Shown here: piece after piece, positions 40,801 to 54,671 of the stretch
How positions within the stretch are numbered: the first letter of the stretch is position 1
Layout of the letters: every line of letters begins with the position of its first letter
DNA from: Moniliella sp. 'wahieum'
Taxonomy: Eukaryota
Direction: 5' to 3'
DNA: 64,000 nt
Assembly (NCBI GenBank): GCA_003971905.1
Contig: RSEE01000018.1
Coordinates: 496,001 to 560,000, forward strand
Position numbers and translations under genes: made by a program
The notes under the pieces: generated by a model
The model's input: the letters and a program-made list of their open reading frames with translations, nothing else
What the model was told of the DNA's origin: nothing
Databases searched by the model: none

Positions 40801-42383
40801 TGTTTTGGTTCTACTAATCTCATTTGTGCCCCCTGCGATAGTGGATTGCAATGTCTGGAACGCATTACAGCTCCCCAGGTGGAAGGCGAATAAAGCATTA
40901 CAGACCTGCGCCGGGAAGGCGATATATGCCTTCTCGTCAGAAAATACTCCCCGTGCCTTCCCGGGCTGAAATAGGATTTGGCACCCGCAAGGGAAAAAAT
41001 TGAAAATGGTTAATCATCATTTCCGACTTTGAAAATACAATTTCACCTGTCCCGCGATTGGCTGTGTAGTCACGAAGAAAGACGGTTGGCATGTGCTCAT
41101 CAGCAGACAACCCACACCGATGTGCATAGCATCTAGAGCTCCTTTTTGCGGTCCCCGGTCCACTGTAGCCATCATGCATCATGCATCTGTACTTGAGTGC
41201 ATATCCGACACACTGGAAAGGATGTAGTCAATAAGGATGATCATCTGAACGATCAGATGATCAATGTTAAACGTTAATGGTTAATGACGCGTGATATGCG
41301 ATGCGTGATGCGTGACGCCTCTACGCCCCGAGCCCTGTGGGTTGGCGGCGGTGCATAACGCGTAACGCGCACAGGGAACAGACAACATGACCCGATAGAC
41401 ACCCCCCTCTGCCTTCTCACCCAGTATATCTCTTTGGGCTGTGCAGGCCTCTACCAATGCCCAAGCTTCAAGTATTAGACCACTTGCAACGGCTTATAGA
41501 ATGCGACAAGAACGAGTATCCGGGGTGCGCTCGCTCAAGAAGCTGCTTTTCTAGTTCTTTCCCTTTTGGTAATGAGGCCTGAGGCTGAGGCTTGAGGATG
41601 CGAGGATGTTATACCACCAAGATGGCCAGCGAGAGCTTTTGTGGGCACTGTGTGAAAGAATCATAACTGAGGGGTCTCAATCTCATTGGAGAGATCGTTC
41701 AACGCTCAAAGCTCACACCCTGCATCTACGTGTGTCTACCACGCTCATTGTATTCAGGCGCACTACATTTGTGGTTTGGAAGCGAATGGCGGACACCAGA
41801 GGGCCCTAAGGCCTAACTTGCAGGCGATGACTTCACTGGTTTCCTAATTGGTTTTTGGTACCTACAAGGGCCACACGCCGAAAGAGCCGAGTCAACAAGG
41901 CTCAGTGTGTCTCTTTGTCCCAGTCTCGCAAAGCTCTCTGTAAATGATATGAACGCACTAGTCTCCTGAACTAATGCCATCACTTAGTATCATCTCTCTG
42001 TGCTCTCTCGGGCAGCAGTGATAGATGAGAGTCTGGGTGTTGGCTAGCCAGATCATTAGTGCCTTCAACGAAGAAAACGGTGGTTATACCATCAGCTATA
42101 CCCTTTCCTTTTTACCATGTCTATCATGCTGGGACTACTAACTTTTGAATCCCAAAACTCTGGACCAACATTCGTGGCCCTCGATAATCCATACAGTCCC
42201 TATTTCAATACCCCACAAAGAGCAATTGATGATAGGGTTGGAAGCGATGGTAGTGAGCAAAATGCAGGAGAGACTCACCCGGGATCAGGGTGAATGTGTT
42301 CTGAGGGCTGAGCCAGCCTATCGCTATAGAGAACCGCCACCGACCCGTTCATCCTGCGCGTGTGGCTGGTAGCGCCACTCCTG

Positions 42384-42975
42384 TTAAGGAACCAGGGGAG
42401 TCGCCAGGAGATCAGGACCCACTGGTGCCTGCCATCCTTTCTCATACCCGAAGAAGTGCTGGTGGATACTGATGAACAGGGAAGATATCCGAGCGGTGAA
42501 CCACATCTCCATTGAGACTCAGTCGTCAATTCCTTCCAGTTCCCAAGCCTCTTACCCGCTGTCTTAGTGGCATAGTATCCTCGCGTCGTCAAAACAAGGG
42601 GAAAAACGGTTCTTGCGTGCGTCCCTGCTGGTATTTGGCGTTCTGGTCGCATTCTGCTTGCTCCAGTAGCCGAAGCAGCTCCTTCTCCCGGCGTTCCAAA
42701 GCGTCGTGCTCTCATCTTCCGGGACGCGGCCTGCGCCTCCTGAGTTCCCGAGTCGCACAGCGTGTGGTCCACCTCCAGTCCTGATCCTCCAATTGCTCCT
42801 GTGGCCTCATCACGCGGTAGTCAGTGCGCATTGCCTTCCTCCCGGGCCTCGTCCCATCCTCTTCCTCCACCGTTGGCTCGTTGTGGATGTGGGTGTCGGG
42901 GATGGAGCGCACGATCTGGAAAATGGGCTCTCGTACTGCCTCATGCAATGCACCAAACTCGGACTGGGTGCGGGT
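42384..42975 (-). mobile_element. 5'-truncated non-LTR retrotransposon fragment: C-terminal restriction-like endonuclease (RLE; CRE/Cnl1-like)
   Basis: Stitched minus-strand translation LHEAVREPIF..NEPTV..RTDYRV..LEVDHTLC..LEQAECDQNAKY..PFFPLVLTTRG..GNW follows the RLE motif order RH-x-V / EP / RxD / D / (K)xxKY / FxPxxxxxxG. No reverse transcriptase is visible upstream. Confidence 0.5.
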
Positions 42976-44329
42976 TAACGGTTCGGTTTAGAGGTAGCGT
43001 TTCCCCTGTCCCAGCCTTAAGCTCTGTTAATGATATGGACGCTACTTAGTATATGTGTACTACCTTACGAAAAAAAATGACTAGAATTGTATAAATGTTG
43101 AGAGTACACACTGAGTATCGTCCTAGTATTGTCGTGACGCAATCTAGTGACAAAAGCTGTACATGACGACCGAGTAAGGACGAGCGATTACGTGGATCAC
43201 GTTCATTTGCTCCCCCCCTACTCCGTTTTGCCGCGTTACTAGTTATTCTTTTACCGGGCCGGGTTCAATACTTTTCAGACTGTCGAGAAGTTATTTGCGC
43301 TATCATCATGATGTATCATCGATTTTTGCTCTCTTGATCGCCCTAGTGCGACACCTCTCAGTATTTTAAGTAGGAACTAACGCACAACTGCTTAGCGCTC
43401 ACATGAGTGCGCGATGACGACGAGCTGTCAACTTGTCACATAGCATCGTTAACGTTTAACATCATTAATCATTGGTCAACACTCCCCCGTGTCCACTGTT
43501 GCGCTACAACTGTCTGGGAAACGAAACAGAGAACAACCTCGACCTATTGAAGAACAACCTCGACTTATTGACCCAGCAAACTCCGGGTGAGAGAGCGGCT
43601 AGCTCCTCACTGTGGTGAGGGATGCGTTTTCTCTCTGGCTGCTTAAGGTCTGCACATGCCATACTAATACGGGTGGAGGTCGAGGATCGGAACGGGATGT
43701 GATAGCTCTCTTGATGAAAGTGCGAGATAGAACATGTGCCCAAGTTTGATACCATTATCGATATCTATGAGAGAGGGGGGGCTTCTGCGGTGTTGGCAGC
43801 TGCACTACATTCAGACGAAATTTCTCCCTCTAAATCATTCGGAACTCAAACACATGCTGCTTTATAAGGAGCAAGTGAAGATTGACGCTTTCTTCTGTTG
43901 AATAGAATTCCGTCGGATCTGGGAGATGTGCCCCCCAACCTCAGTATACAGGAAGGAGAAAACCATTAAAACCTCTCATTGGGGCTGCCCTCTTTCTATA
44001 CTCTCACCGTACATCGTGCCTCACGCGAGTGCTGCTGTTCATTCAACTACTCTTGGCTCTCTCCTGTTTACACCTGCTGCTCAGTGCCTCGAGCCCGCTG
44101 ACGAGCAAGTCCAGATTGGTCTGGTAAAAAAACCCTTAGATGAACCACTTTCTTGTCCATTAGGATCGCTCATTCGATGAAATTGTCTCCTGCAGCTCGC
44201 GACCACCCAAATACATAGAGATGTTCAGTTGAGTAGAACAAAAGAGACACTCTTATAGCTTCCAAAGTGAATAGATACCCTAGACTTTGTGGATATGGAT
44301 GGAAGTGGGATGAAATTCTTGTTGGACTA

Positions 44330-45109
44330 GTAGTGTCACGGGGCGGGCCCCCCAAGTAAACGTTGAACGCCAAGCCCACGATGCCGCCACGATCGCCCGA
44401 TTAGAAGAACGGATCCGCTCACTTGAGGCAATAGTTCAAGAGCAAAATCAACGAAACCATCCCAAATCTTTGATGATGGAAGAAGATATTACTGCCCCCG
44501 CCATCCTCCTGAGACGCGAGGATGAAAGAGGAGCTGTTTGATCGCAATATCGAAGTTGTCCAAAAGATAGAACCGGGGCTCCAGTTCCCTCCCTCTGGCC
44601 AAGTGGAGCCGGCAACTCTAAGGCAAATCCACGGCCCATCCTCCAAGCCCTCATCCCTACTCAAAAGAAAGGTCTCGCAGTAGCAACTCGGACAACTGTC
44701 ACGTTGAGATTGTTCAGGCCACTCCCAAAGCGCTCAATCGCCATTTGGATAGTTGCCGGTGCAAATATGACGACAATTCAAGTCAAAGGGGACCCAGTCC
44801 TTCCTCTCACGCATCGCCTGACCGTTCAAACTCACGAAATGAGGTATGTGCGCCCGTTTCGTCCCGTTTGCGTAAACGAGCAGCAACAGGATGGATTGGG
44901 GGACGTGACGGCTTTCTTTGGCGGCAGCACCCCTGACAATGCGCTTGACCCCAAAGCCAAACGATTTTGGTTCGGCCCCATTACCATGGAGAAAACGGGA
45001 TAAGGACCTACGCAAGTTACTCAAGGATGCAGGTCTTTCAGGGGTGGGATCGCGCCAGCGAATAGTTCTGATCTTTCCCATGGACAAGCACCTTTATAGC
45101 AACCTGTAG
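44330..45109 (+). CDS. Hypothetical protein with an N-terminal coiled coil; frameshifted
   Basis: AATIARLEERIRSLEAIVQEQNQ followed by coding-like segments ending RIVLIFPMDKHLYSNL*. The start is not determined. Confidence 0.3.
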
Positions 45110-46364
45110 CAACCCAGGGGGGGGTTGAAATTGGACTGAAGATGACATGTGCATGACATCGATGAAGTTGATGAAGACAGATGGCACAACCACAGCGTGT
45201 TGTAACATGTAAACGCAAGCTTCTGTTGACAAAATGGAGGTGGCAGGGAGTACTGAACATACTGCTACTGATAAGATCGATGAGATATCAACAATTAATG
45301 AGAAATGAGATCGGAGATTGCTACTCAGACTGAGTACTGATATGGATCTGATCGGCATATACTTGTCAGCGTTGTTTTTTGATCAAGAAATATCGGCCTC
45401 TTCCTCTCAAAAGCGATCGGTGACCTACAGTATGGCAATTGTTCCTCTGAAGCCTGAAGCTAGCCTGAAGCTCCTGAAGCTTCAATTGAAGGCACGGGTC
45501 GCGGAGCTCCGTGCCTTGTTGAGGGGGGTGGAGGGCAGGCCGGGGTAGACATTGGGCCGCGAGATCGAAATGGCAGCAACGGCGTTCTCCTGGTGTGGTC
45601 AAACGCCGGCTTGGATTTCCCTCTGCTTTGTTGGCGACGGCGTAGGGGCCTGTCGGGGCACGTGACGCCAGTGGCACGTGGCGTGGGACATGTGACGGTG
45701 CAGCTGAAAGCCCGAACTTAAACGCCGAGCTGGCAAAGGCTGCACAGGGCTGCACAGGCACTGAGGCGCTGCGGCTGATCTTCCAACTTTGAACGTTCAA
45801 CCGGCAAGCCAAGGCGAGCGGACGCGAGGCCGGGAAGCGTCGGGCAGGGCAACAGGGGAACCTAGCCGTCCAGTGCCTGGAAAGACCCCGTGCAGAGCAC
45901 GCCGCAAGGCGTGACAATCATTAATCGATCATTAATCCCGGGGCCAGTGGCAGTGGCATGGCGCAGCGTGAGAGCGGCGGCGGCTGGCCACTGGAAGACT
46001 CGTTTGTGTTTCGCCGCCTACCGCTTTTGAAAGTGGCAAGCAGACACACTCCTGCATGGGCAGCCTCCCGTGCTCGATAACATGGACGGGTGACGGTCAC
46101 GCATGCCCCTCCAACCCTACCCCGCCCCTCTCTACTGGTCCCGTGCTGGGCGTTGGCGTGTGGATCACGTCAGGCCCAGGCACTGAGGTTGCTGGCCAGC
46201 GTTCCGCCGGCCTTTGCGTCCGGCACAACGCCGGTGTGGCACCCGGGCCGACGCCCGTGGCTCTCTTAGGGACGGGTGAGCAATGCGTGATAACGCCGCC
46301 AGAGTGCATGCATGGTCCATGCACGCCGTTGCTGCCTGTCTTCTTCGTCCGGCTTCTCCGCTAC

Positions 46365-46371
46365 TATAAAA
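46365..46371 (+). promoter_or_regulatory. TATA box of the peroxiredoxin gene
   Basis: TATAAAA about 65 nt upstream of ATG 46434, followed by a CT-rich tract. Confidence 0.6.
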
Positions 46372-46433
46372 ACGTGCTCGCCTCGGCCTGGACTCCGTTT
46401 CTCCCCACCCACAGCCTCTTCTCCTTCTCCACC

Positions 46434-47093
46434 ATGCCTCTTGTTGGTTCCAAGGCCCCTCTCTTCACCAAGGCTGCTGTCATTGACGGCCAGATCTCGG
46501 AGGTCTCTCTCGAGAAGAACCTCAAGGCCGGCAAGTGGACCGTGCTCTCGGTATGTCTACTTCTATCCCGCCTCGGCCCTTGTGGGTATGCTTGCTGACC
46601 CGCCATGGTTCCTCTTTCCCAGTTCTACCCCCTGGCCTACACCTTCGTGTGCCCCACCGAGATTGTGAGCTACGGTGCGGAGGGCAAGGCGTTCAAGGAC
46701 CTGAACGCTGAGCTCCTGTACGCCTCGACCGACTCGGAGTTCACCCAGCTCGCCTGGGACCAGGCCAAGACCTCGGACGGTGGCCTGGGTGGCGTGTCGA
46801 AGAACGTGGCTCTGGTGGCTGACACGAACCACAGCCTGTCGCGGGACTACGACGTGCTTCTCCCTGACCAGGGCGTTGCGCTGCGTGGCACCTTTATCAT
46901 TGACCCGCAAGGCATCATCCAGCATGCCACCATCAACAACGCCCCTGTTGGCCGCAACGTGCAGGAGACCCTCCGTCTGCTCGAGGCGTTCCAGTTCACT
47001 GCCGAGCACGGTGAGGTCTGCCCTGCCGGTTGGCAGAAGGGCGCGGACACCATCGACACCAAGAACGCCACGGCCTACTTCTCCAAGCACTAA
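46434..47093 (+). CDS. TSA1: Typical 2-Cys peroxiredoxin (Prx1/Tsa1)
   Basis: Exon 46434-46550, intron 46551-46622 (GTATGT..GCTGAC..CAG), exon 46623-47093. Motifs FYPLAYTFVCPTE (peroxidatic Cys), GGLG, LRGTFIIDP, VGRN, GEVCPAGW (resolving Cys) and YF. The frame is intact. Confidence 0.96.
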
Positions 47094-49671
47094 GCTGGTC
47101 TTGTAACTTGGCTCTGCTGCTTTATATTTCCTGACCTGAATTGACCACTCTGTAGTTTGCTGCGCAATCGTATAGCTGCACAAGGTGAAACCTTCCCGGG
47201 ATGTGGCCTATTGAAGCGTCAGGCCTCAGGACATGGATCCTGAGGATACATACGCAGAGCAAGTTGAACCTTTCTATTAGACATCGGCAGTGCTCATTTC
47301 TAAGGAGTACTTCATGTTGTGGCGTGGAGGAATGATATTATGCCTCGTTGGCGTCGTAGGCACACCAGCACGGAACTCAACCCCATACTGTGCACAGGGA
47401 GCGTAGTCCCGTTTCCTTCCTCCTTTCTCTGAGCTCGAGTCGCTTTTGTCACCTTGCCACTGCCACGCTCTCGCTCTACTCTTTAACCTCGTTCCCACTC
47501 TCATTGCTACCGTCGGATTAGTTCTCTCTAGCTTGAAGACTGCGGTGGAAGAGGGCGCTCGGCATCCACAGCGCAACATACCCTCATCACGAGGGCGAAG
47601 TCGCCAAATTCTTTGTAGAGATTGGTGCCCACCCTGTGCTTTTCTGACAATCCGAGAGAGAGAAACAGGTGGTGTGCTTGGCCCTTTCTTTAATGGCAGC
47701 TTAAGACCTGTTATGCCGTAAAAACCTGAAGAGCACTTGACCCTTCTAATTATCGATGCCAGTGTGCACAATGCAGAAGTCCACGATGGTTTTGAGATAC
47801 CTAGTATATCTCCTCCAGAAAACCCAAACAGCAGGGTGCATTATATGGATTCAAGTATCGAGTTGGAGCGAAAGAGAGGAAGAGAAAAACTGGGGGGGGG
47901 GTCGAGAGACGCAGAGGACATGCGGGGAGAGGAGGAAGGGGTACGTATGCGCGCTGTGATAAGTACCGAGGGTTGCTGTCGCCATGAGACGAGTACAAAA
48001 TGCCGCATGAATAAGAGAAAGCCGGGGAGAAGAGAACAGAAAAGGAAGAAAGGGAAGAGAGATTAATACCTCAATTTACTCACTGGCGTGGTGACACCAG
48101 ATTCCTGCTGTGGCGGGTAAGGCAAGTCAAACCCGAAAATAACGGACGGCTACCGTTCTCTTCTGTTGTGACGGGGGGGGGAGGTAATGAAGATAGCTTA
48201 CCACGCTAGCGTCGTAGTCGCAAGCAGCCCCCCGCCCACCCCTAGTGACATGCTTTACCCTACGGCCCGATGTTGTCATGCGGTAGCCTCGGGGTGTATT
48301 AACCCGTCCCCTCTTGTAATGTTAACCGGGGACACAACAAAACCATTTGGACGGCCAATGGGACCTACGCACATTACTGGATTCCGTCTGATCCCGCCTG
48401 ATGCCATACGAGAGGTCGGATGTGCTATAACGGCCACGGAACCGCGTTACCCCATAGTACATGGACCCCTCTTCGACGAGTCTTGACGACTTATGCACGC
48501 TGCTCTCTCTGTCCTCGGAGATTCTCTCCTTTCTTTTGCCTCAATATCCGTGCTCGGTTCGATCTGGATAAAGTCCGTCATACCACCCTTCCCCTTCTTC
48601 TCGAATATCCCAACGACGGCAATGCTGTTCACCAATGGAGGGAAGAGCAGAGCACATCTTCAATAAGTCTTTCCGAAAGTGTTGAGAGGCTATCAAATCG
48701 AGTACTTCATCAACACTCTTTGCTTCTCTTCCTCTTCTATATAGGTTCGAGCGAGAGAATGGGTATATCTGCCGGCACTCGTCTCCTGGCGCCAAAAGCA
48801 TCTGGTCCGCCGAGTTATTATCTTCGTAAACACGGTCTCAAAGGGGGCAATGCCGTAGTCTAATGCATCTTGCACCATTTTTAACGGCGCTTTACTGTTT
48901 CGCGTGCTCGCCCTTTTCCTCTCGGCCCTTTTTGCTTTCTGCTCCGTGTTCTCTTTCTTGCTACATTCTTCAGCCTTGCCTGGGGAATCTCTCTAGTCTC
49001 CCTCGTTTTAGTCTTCGATGCGTTCCTTTATGGACGGTATTGATTGGACTGATGCATGGTTTTGGTCCAGGACCACAGATAAGGGGGGGCACACAGGTTT
49101 TTTGGACGTATTAGTAGAGAGAGAGAACCAACACTACACACAGTTCGGCTGTGAACCCTATCCTTGGTGTCCCTCTCTCCCTCAAACATTTGTTTCCCGT
49201 TCCAGCACCATAGGGAAATGTGCCCTTCTGCATTTCTTTGGCCTCCAGTTCCAGGCAGGCTTTGGCACTTGGCCCCAGGCGAAGATCGGGTGCTAACATA
49301 TACAGTGCGAAACGCCGCGTGTGACGGGTGATGGGTGAGGCTGGGCCTGAGGCCGGGTGCGGAGAAGGTGGAACAGGGGCCCCCTAGGAAAGTAGACAGT
49401 GCACCAACGTTTCAAAATCGGAGGCTGCCTGCTGCTACTGCTGCTGCTGCGGGCCGCTCGGCTGCTACCATCCCCTCCCCCACGGCCCGCAGCATGCGCC
49501 CCGCCCCTGGCGCTGCTGCGCCGCCCACTGCCCCGCCGTCGCCGCCGCCGCCGCTGGCCACGTCTCTGCACCCCCCCCGGCCACGCCGCCCCCGTCGCCC
49601 GCGCCCGCCTCTCGCTCCCAGGCTCCCCAGACCCCGTGGCGCCACCCAGCCGCCTCACCCACTCCCGCTCC

Positions 49672-52600
49672 ATGGGCGACCTCTCCTCCGACGCCCTCCG
49701 TTCCTTCGGCAGCGGCATCGGTTTGGGCATCGATCTTGGCGATGAGGCAGACCAAGACGCCGACGAGCCCTTGCCGCTGGACATCGGCCTGCCCAAATCC
49801 CAAGCCTTTGTGCCAACTGCTGCTGTCCCCCTGGCGCACAACAAGGTGTGTGGCTGAATGAGAATGCCTTGTGTAGAAGCAACCAAAGACGACTGACTGT
49901 TTCTTTCCCCTCTAGTACCACCTGATTCCATCTCCGTTGCCGCACCCATTCATCCGCCAAACCCACCCACGCGTGCCCCCAGCCTCGAGGATGCAATGCG
50001 CTCTTACGACAGATCCCTGTGTCGCGAGAAGCCACCCCCCCACCTACTGACCCCCAGGAAACCATTGGGTGGGACGACCATCTGCGATGGCCTTGGATGC
50101 CCAACCCGCTTCCCTCGACGCCTCTGAAACCAAGTCCACCGCCGTCATCGGAGACACCACTAACGACGGCGAAGTCTCCCCGTCCGAAGTGTCGGCGAGA
50201 CCTGCCTGGTCTGAGGGACGGGGAGGCTGCGGAGCGGCGTGCCTCTCTCCGCTCTTTATCGGTCCGTTCGGGACGTTGTCTGAGCTTTGGGTTTCCAACG
50301 GGGCACACATGGGTCCGGCCCAAACCGCCTGTGCGCGCCAGGGGGAACAGGAGGAGGCGAGCATACGTGGCGGGGGAGAGCATCGCCTCGGGCTCAGAAC
50401 CTGCTCAGTCCCGTCAGTTGTCCCAAGCTCTCAACCGAAGAAGATTGGTCCTCGTCGGCCACTGCCTAACCCGACGGCGCCAGCCGCTCAACCACCCACT
50501 CAGGCAGCTGTTCAGCCCCCAGCTCACCTACCCTCTCAACCAGCACCTTTTCGAACGCTTCCTTCAACCACTCAACCAACTGCTCATTCAGCTTCTCACT
50601 TAACCGGCCAACAAACCAAGAGCCGTCTGTCCCGTCTCGCTCGTTCCCTCCATCTGGAAGGGATGTCTTGAATCGTTTGGGCAAGACAGGTGGCACAGCA
50701 CCCCCCAAATCGGATGCACACTGAAACATCACTCTCCTCCACCTCGACTACGCCCTCCCCACTCGGCCCGACCGATTTAGGGCAAACGGTCCAGCGGGTC
50801 TTTCACTCCGTCCGAATCAGCTTCGACTCTGGCCGGAGGTTCGCCCGTACGGCTGCCGTTCTCTTCGCTTCCTCGGTCGCAAACGGTGCCAGAACGGTTA
50901 CACATGTTGACCCGCACCGAATCACCTGTTCCCGGTGCTGGCCCTGGATCTGCCAAAGCAGCTGCCCTCCTTCTCTCTCCCACACGGCGGCGTGGACTTC
51001 CCCTGAGAGAGCGTTTGCGCTCGCTCCAAAACGAGCGACCCAGCATACCGACTACCTTACAACCCCCTCCAACTGCGTCTATGGACCGCCCCACCATCTT
51101 TGGAGCAAATCATCTCGCGCCGATGTGCCGGCGGACGGGCCCAGCACAACGCAAGGCCCCCCCAGCACAGCGCAACCACCCACTCGTCCCGATTTGCCCA
51201 TGGCTACTAGCTCTGAGGCCCGAACTTCGTTTGCCTCGCCATCGAGCACGGTGCGGCCATACGAGACCAGTTCCAAGTCGACCCAATGCCCTAGTCCTGT
51301 GGTGCAGGAGTTCGAGGTGCCCACTGCATGTTGTGCTCCCGCCCCACAGGAACCAGCTGCCGGAATGACTTTTGACCGTTCCACCTCGTTGTCGCCCCAG
51401 CCCCGTCCCGTCTCTTCTGCTCATCAACCATCGCCTAGTCCTGTTTCCCCTCCTGCTCGTCGACGGGCCTATTCGCCCGATTCGTCGTTCATGACTGTTG
51501 CAAGTTCTCCCCCCCCTCGACAATCTAGCCGGCCTATATCCAACATGGCGTCTTCCTCCTTCTCAGCCGCCCACCATGCTGCCACAACGCCGGAGCCAAT
51601 GCCGAGGCGAAGGCCACCAAGCCCCGGAAGAGTCTACAAAAACTAGCTCCCGGCTCGGTCTCTGCACGGATCAGACACTGCAAACTAACGGTGACAATAG
51701 CCATTCGGACGCAACAGACAAAAGCGCTCTCCACCCATCCCCTGTTCGGGCGGCGAACAAGGCTTCATTGTGGCCGCCAGCCAGCAAGCCAAACGTGGCC
51801 ACTATCGAGGTTCAACCCAAGAAGAGGTCACCCACCGCCAAAGGAACCGTTGACGCTACCGGGCCCAACGGGAATAACGGGAAGGTTGAGCTAGGCGAGT
51901 TGGGCTTGCCCCAAAGTGCCCGCCTCCTGAGCATGCGCGCTTCCCCGTTGGTACAGTCCTTTCCCCAGTGCCCAGACGTCAAAGAAAGGAGCGTTGGAGA
52001 CTACCGGGCCTACAGGGAAGATCGAGCCCGGCGATGCTCGGCTTACTAGCATACCCCCTTCCCCGGCGGGCACCACCTCTTTCCTCAGTGCCAAGTCGCC
52101 AGCTTCGTCCACCGCAAGTCGGGATGCGTACATTGTCTTTGATCAACCCGCCAAGGGGATCGCCACGTCCCCTACCTCCCGTCCACGGACCAAATCGGCG
52201 GCACCTGCGCTGACATCAACGGGGTCACTGGCCAAAGCCTCTGCCAAGGCGGATCCGGCAGCGCCGTTTGGGGTCCGATTACGCACCGTCCCTCGCCCCT
52301 CTGCTCCGTCGGCCCCTCCTGCACCCAAGTCAGCTTTGTCGAGTGCCCCCCCCACCTCGCCAGAAGCCGAGGTCGCCCAAGGAGGAGGTGGTGGAGCAGC
52401 AGACGAGCACGGCGACACCACCGTGGTACGCATCACTCGTGCCTCGGCCTTTGACGCTTGAGCAAAAACAAGATCTACGGAGGATCGCAGCCTTCTGTGT
52501 CGTCTTCCTCTCCCGGGTCGTTGTTTGGGGTAGCGTTGCGTTCGGCCCAACCGAGTCCTGCCCCGCCAGCACGGTGACGCGACCCAGTGCGCTGGCGGCC

Positions 52601-53357
52601 CCCATCTCTGGCACCGGATGGCTCCGTACCACTTCCTCCACCTTATCTTCCGTGTCGGGCGAGTCGGCAGCGAGTCCGAGCCCATCGAATGCCCATTCGG
52701 ACCAAGGCTCGCTCGTCTTTCAAACCCCGCGTGAGGAGCCCTACCAGCACCCTCGAAAAGGTGCTGGGTCCCTGTTTCGTCCTCCCTGCCTCAGTTGCCC
52801 GAAGAGGCTACCCCGGCGTCTACCCCCGCCAAGTCGCCTGTTGGTTTACTGCGTCGCTCCCCGTGCGCGGACGAGGAGAGTAGGGAGAAGGCAGCGGTCA
52901 CGCCCACGGCGCTCGACTCGCCCATTGCATTGACAGCACCATCTTCTCCTGCCGCTCTCGACCGCCGTCGTTCGCCCCGTGGCTCGCCTAGTGCTTGTTC
53001 CACCAGCGACCGCTCCTCCGCGGGGAGACACTCAGACGGGCCCGCGTCCTCCAGTACGCATGGCAGCAGCGCCTCCTCCGCCTTTACCTTTTCTCCCCCC
53101 ACTCCGCTGGCCGAGCTGAGCCCGGCTGGCTCCTCGGCGTGTGCGCCGCCGACGCGCTTGTCGGCCAGCCCAAGCAAGCTCTCCGCCCCGTCGACCACCA
53201 GCACCGCGGCCTCGCTGACGCAGCCGCCGAGGCGATGGCGGATGTGGAGGCAGCAATGGGCGCGCTAAGGGTCGCGCTGACGGCGGCGGGGCGAGTTTCC
53301 GGTAACCGGGAACCGGTAACCCCACTTGTCTGTCTGTCTGACTGTCCGTCGGTCTGA
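49672..53357 (+). CDS. Large hypothetical Ser/Pro/Thr-rich disordered protein
   Basis: A chain of overlapping + ORFs with consistent S/P/T/A composition runs from MGDLSSDALRSF to an amphipathic end LADAAAEAMADVEAAMGALR. Probable intron after 49845. No domain recognised. Confidence 0.45.
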
Positions 53358-53972
53358 CGGTCTGATGTCTGTCTGTTTTTCCCCCTTGGCGCCCAGAGAG
53401 GCTCAGCGCTACAAGCTAAAACCCATGGTAGCTGCATGTTATACCTTGCCGTTCAGATTCCCTGCACCTATTTTTGCTCTTTTGTTTTGCTTTGGTTGGC
53501 TTGGGCTTGGGAGGTAGTAGGTTTGGTGCGTGCCAGTGTGACAGACGGTCGACCAGTGGAAGTGTGGTGCCAACCCTAGCTGCCTGGGGACCGGCTGCTG
53601 ACCAGTGAGTGACCCCATGGATGATGTCGATGGCGACGAACCGGCCCATTGCCCGGCCCGAGCCGTCCCGAAGACTTGCGCCGTGCGTGTCTGTCGACTG
53701 GGCGGGGGCAGCGGCGGTGGGGCGCCGGGCGCAGGGCCAGTGTGCGATTAATAATTGCTTAGCGGGGGCGGGGGCACCTAACGATTCGCTGACGCAGACC
53801 AGAGCAGAAGCAGAAGCAGCGGCACGCCCCGCCCCCGCCCCTGGTCGGCTGGGTTGCCTCGAGGTGGGTTGGGTAAGCCAACGGATGGGATTCAGCTTCT
53901 TGGGTGGGCTCGGCGGCGCAGCTGGCACGTTGGTCGCCTCTCGACCCACCCACCTCCTGCTCTGTGTGCGCC

Positions 53973-54671
53973 ATGCTCGTCAAGGCTCTCTCCGCTTGAC
54001 CTCGCTTGCCACCCAGCCCCACCTCCGCCTTCTGGCCGGCGGGTCGTCCCGCTCGTTTGCTACGTGTGCGTACTCCTCTTCCTCGCGCCCTGTGCTGCAT
54101 CGCGTGTGCGTGGAGGACCGATGCTCCCTGGCCGTGGCAGTGGTACTGACTTGTGTGTGTTTTGCGGTGCTGCAGCGGCGTACCGCCAAGTCCAGGCCAG
54201 CCAAGTCCAGCCGGCGTCCTACATCAAGGGCACGGTGAACGAGCCGACTGAGTACCCGCCTTCGAACGCCGCGCACGGCTCGTACGAGTGGACGTTTGAG
54301 CGGGTGGTGGCCCTGTCGCTCGTGCCGCTGATTTCGGCATCGACAGTGAAGCATGGCGCGTCGGGTGCGCTGGATGGTGCACTAGCTTTGGGGCTGATCA
54401 TCACTCGCACTACGGTGTGAGCCAGGTGCTGTTTGACTACTTCCCCAAGCGCAAGACGCCCAAGCTGGCCGCCTTGTTGACCTGGACCTGGCGTGCCACC
54501 TCGGCCGCCGCGCTGTACGGCCTGTATGGTACGTTGTCCCTCTCTTGGTGTGCGGTCGCCGACCCAATCTGACATGTGTTTGTGTTTGCGTTTGCGTTTG
54601 CGTTGCTGCTCAGAACTCAACACCAACGACATTGGCCTGACGAGACGATTGCGCGTGCGTGGACGGCGTAA
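53973..54671 (+). CDS. SDH4: Succinate dehydrogenase membrane anchor, small cytochrome b subunit (CybS)
   Basis: YIKGTVNEPTEYPP..HGSYEWTFERVVALSLVPL, HSHYG..DYFPKRK, YGLY|ELNTNDIGLT..WTA*. Introns near 54064-54175 and 54529-54613. Confidence 0.88.

Noticed and set aside
39593..40969. Possible multi-pass membrane protein gene
   Set aside because: Hydrophobic fragments are present, but no consistent frame, splice model or family could be supported.
43530..43571. 21-bp tandem duplication (one mismatch); also a 14-bp duplication at 32079-32106
   Set aside because: Isolated two-copy duplications with no associated structure.
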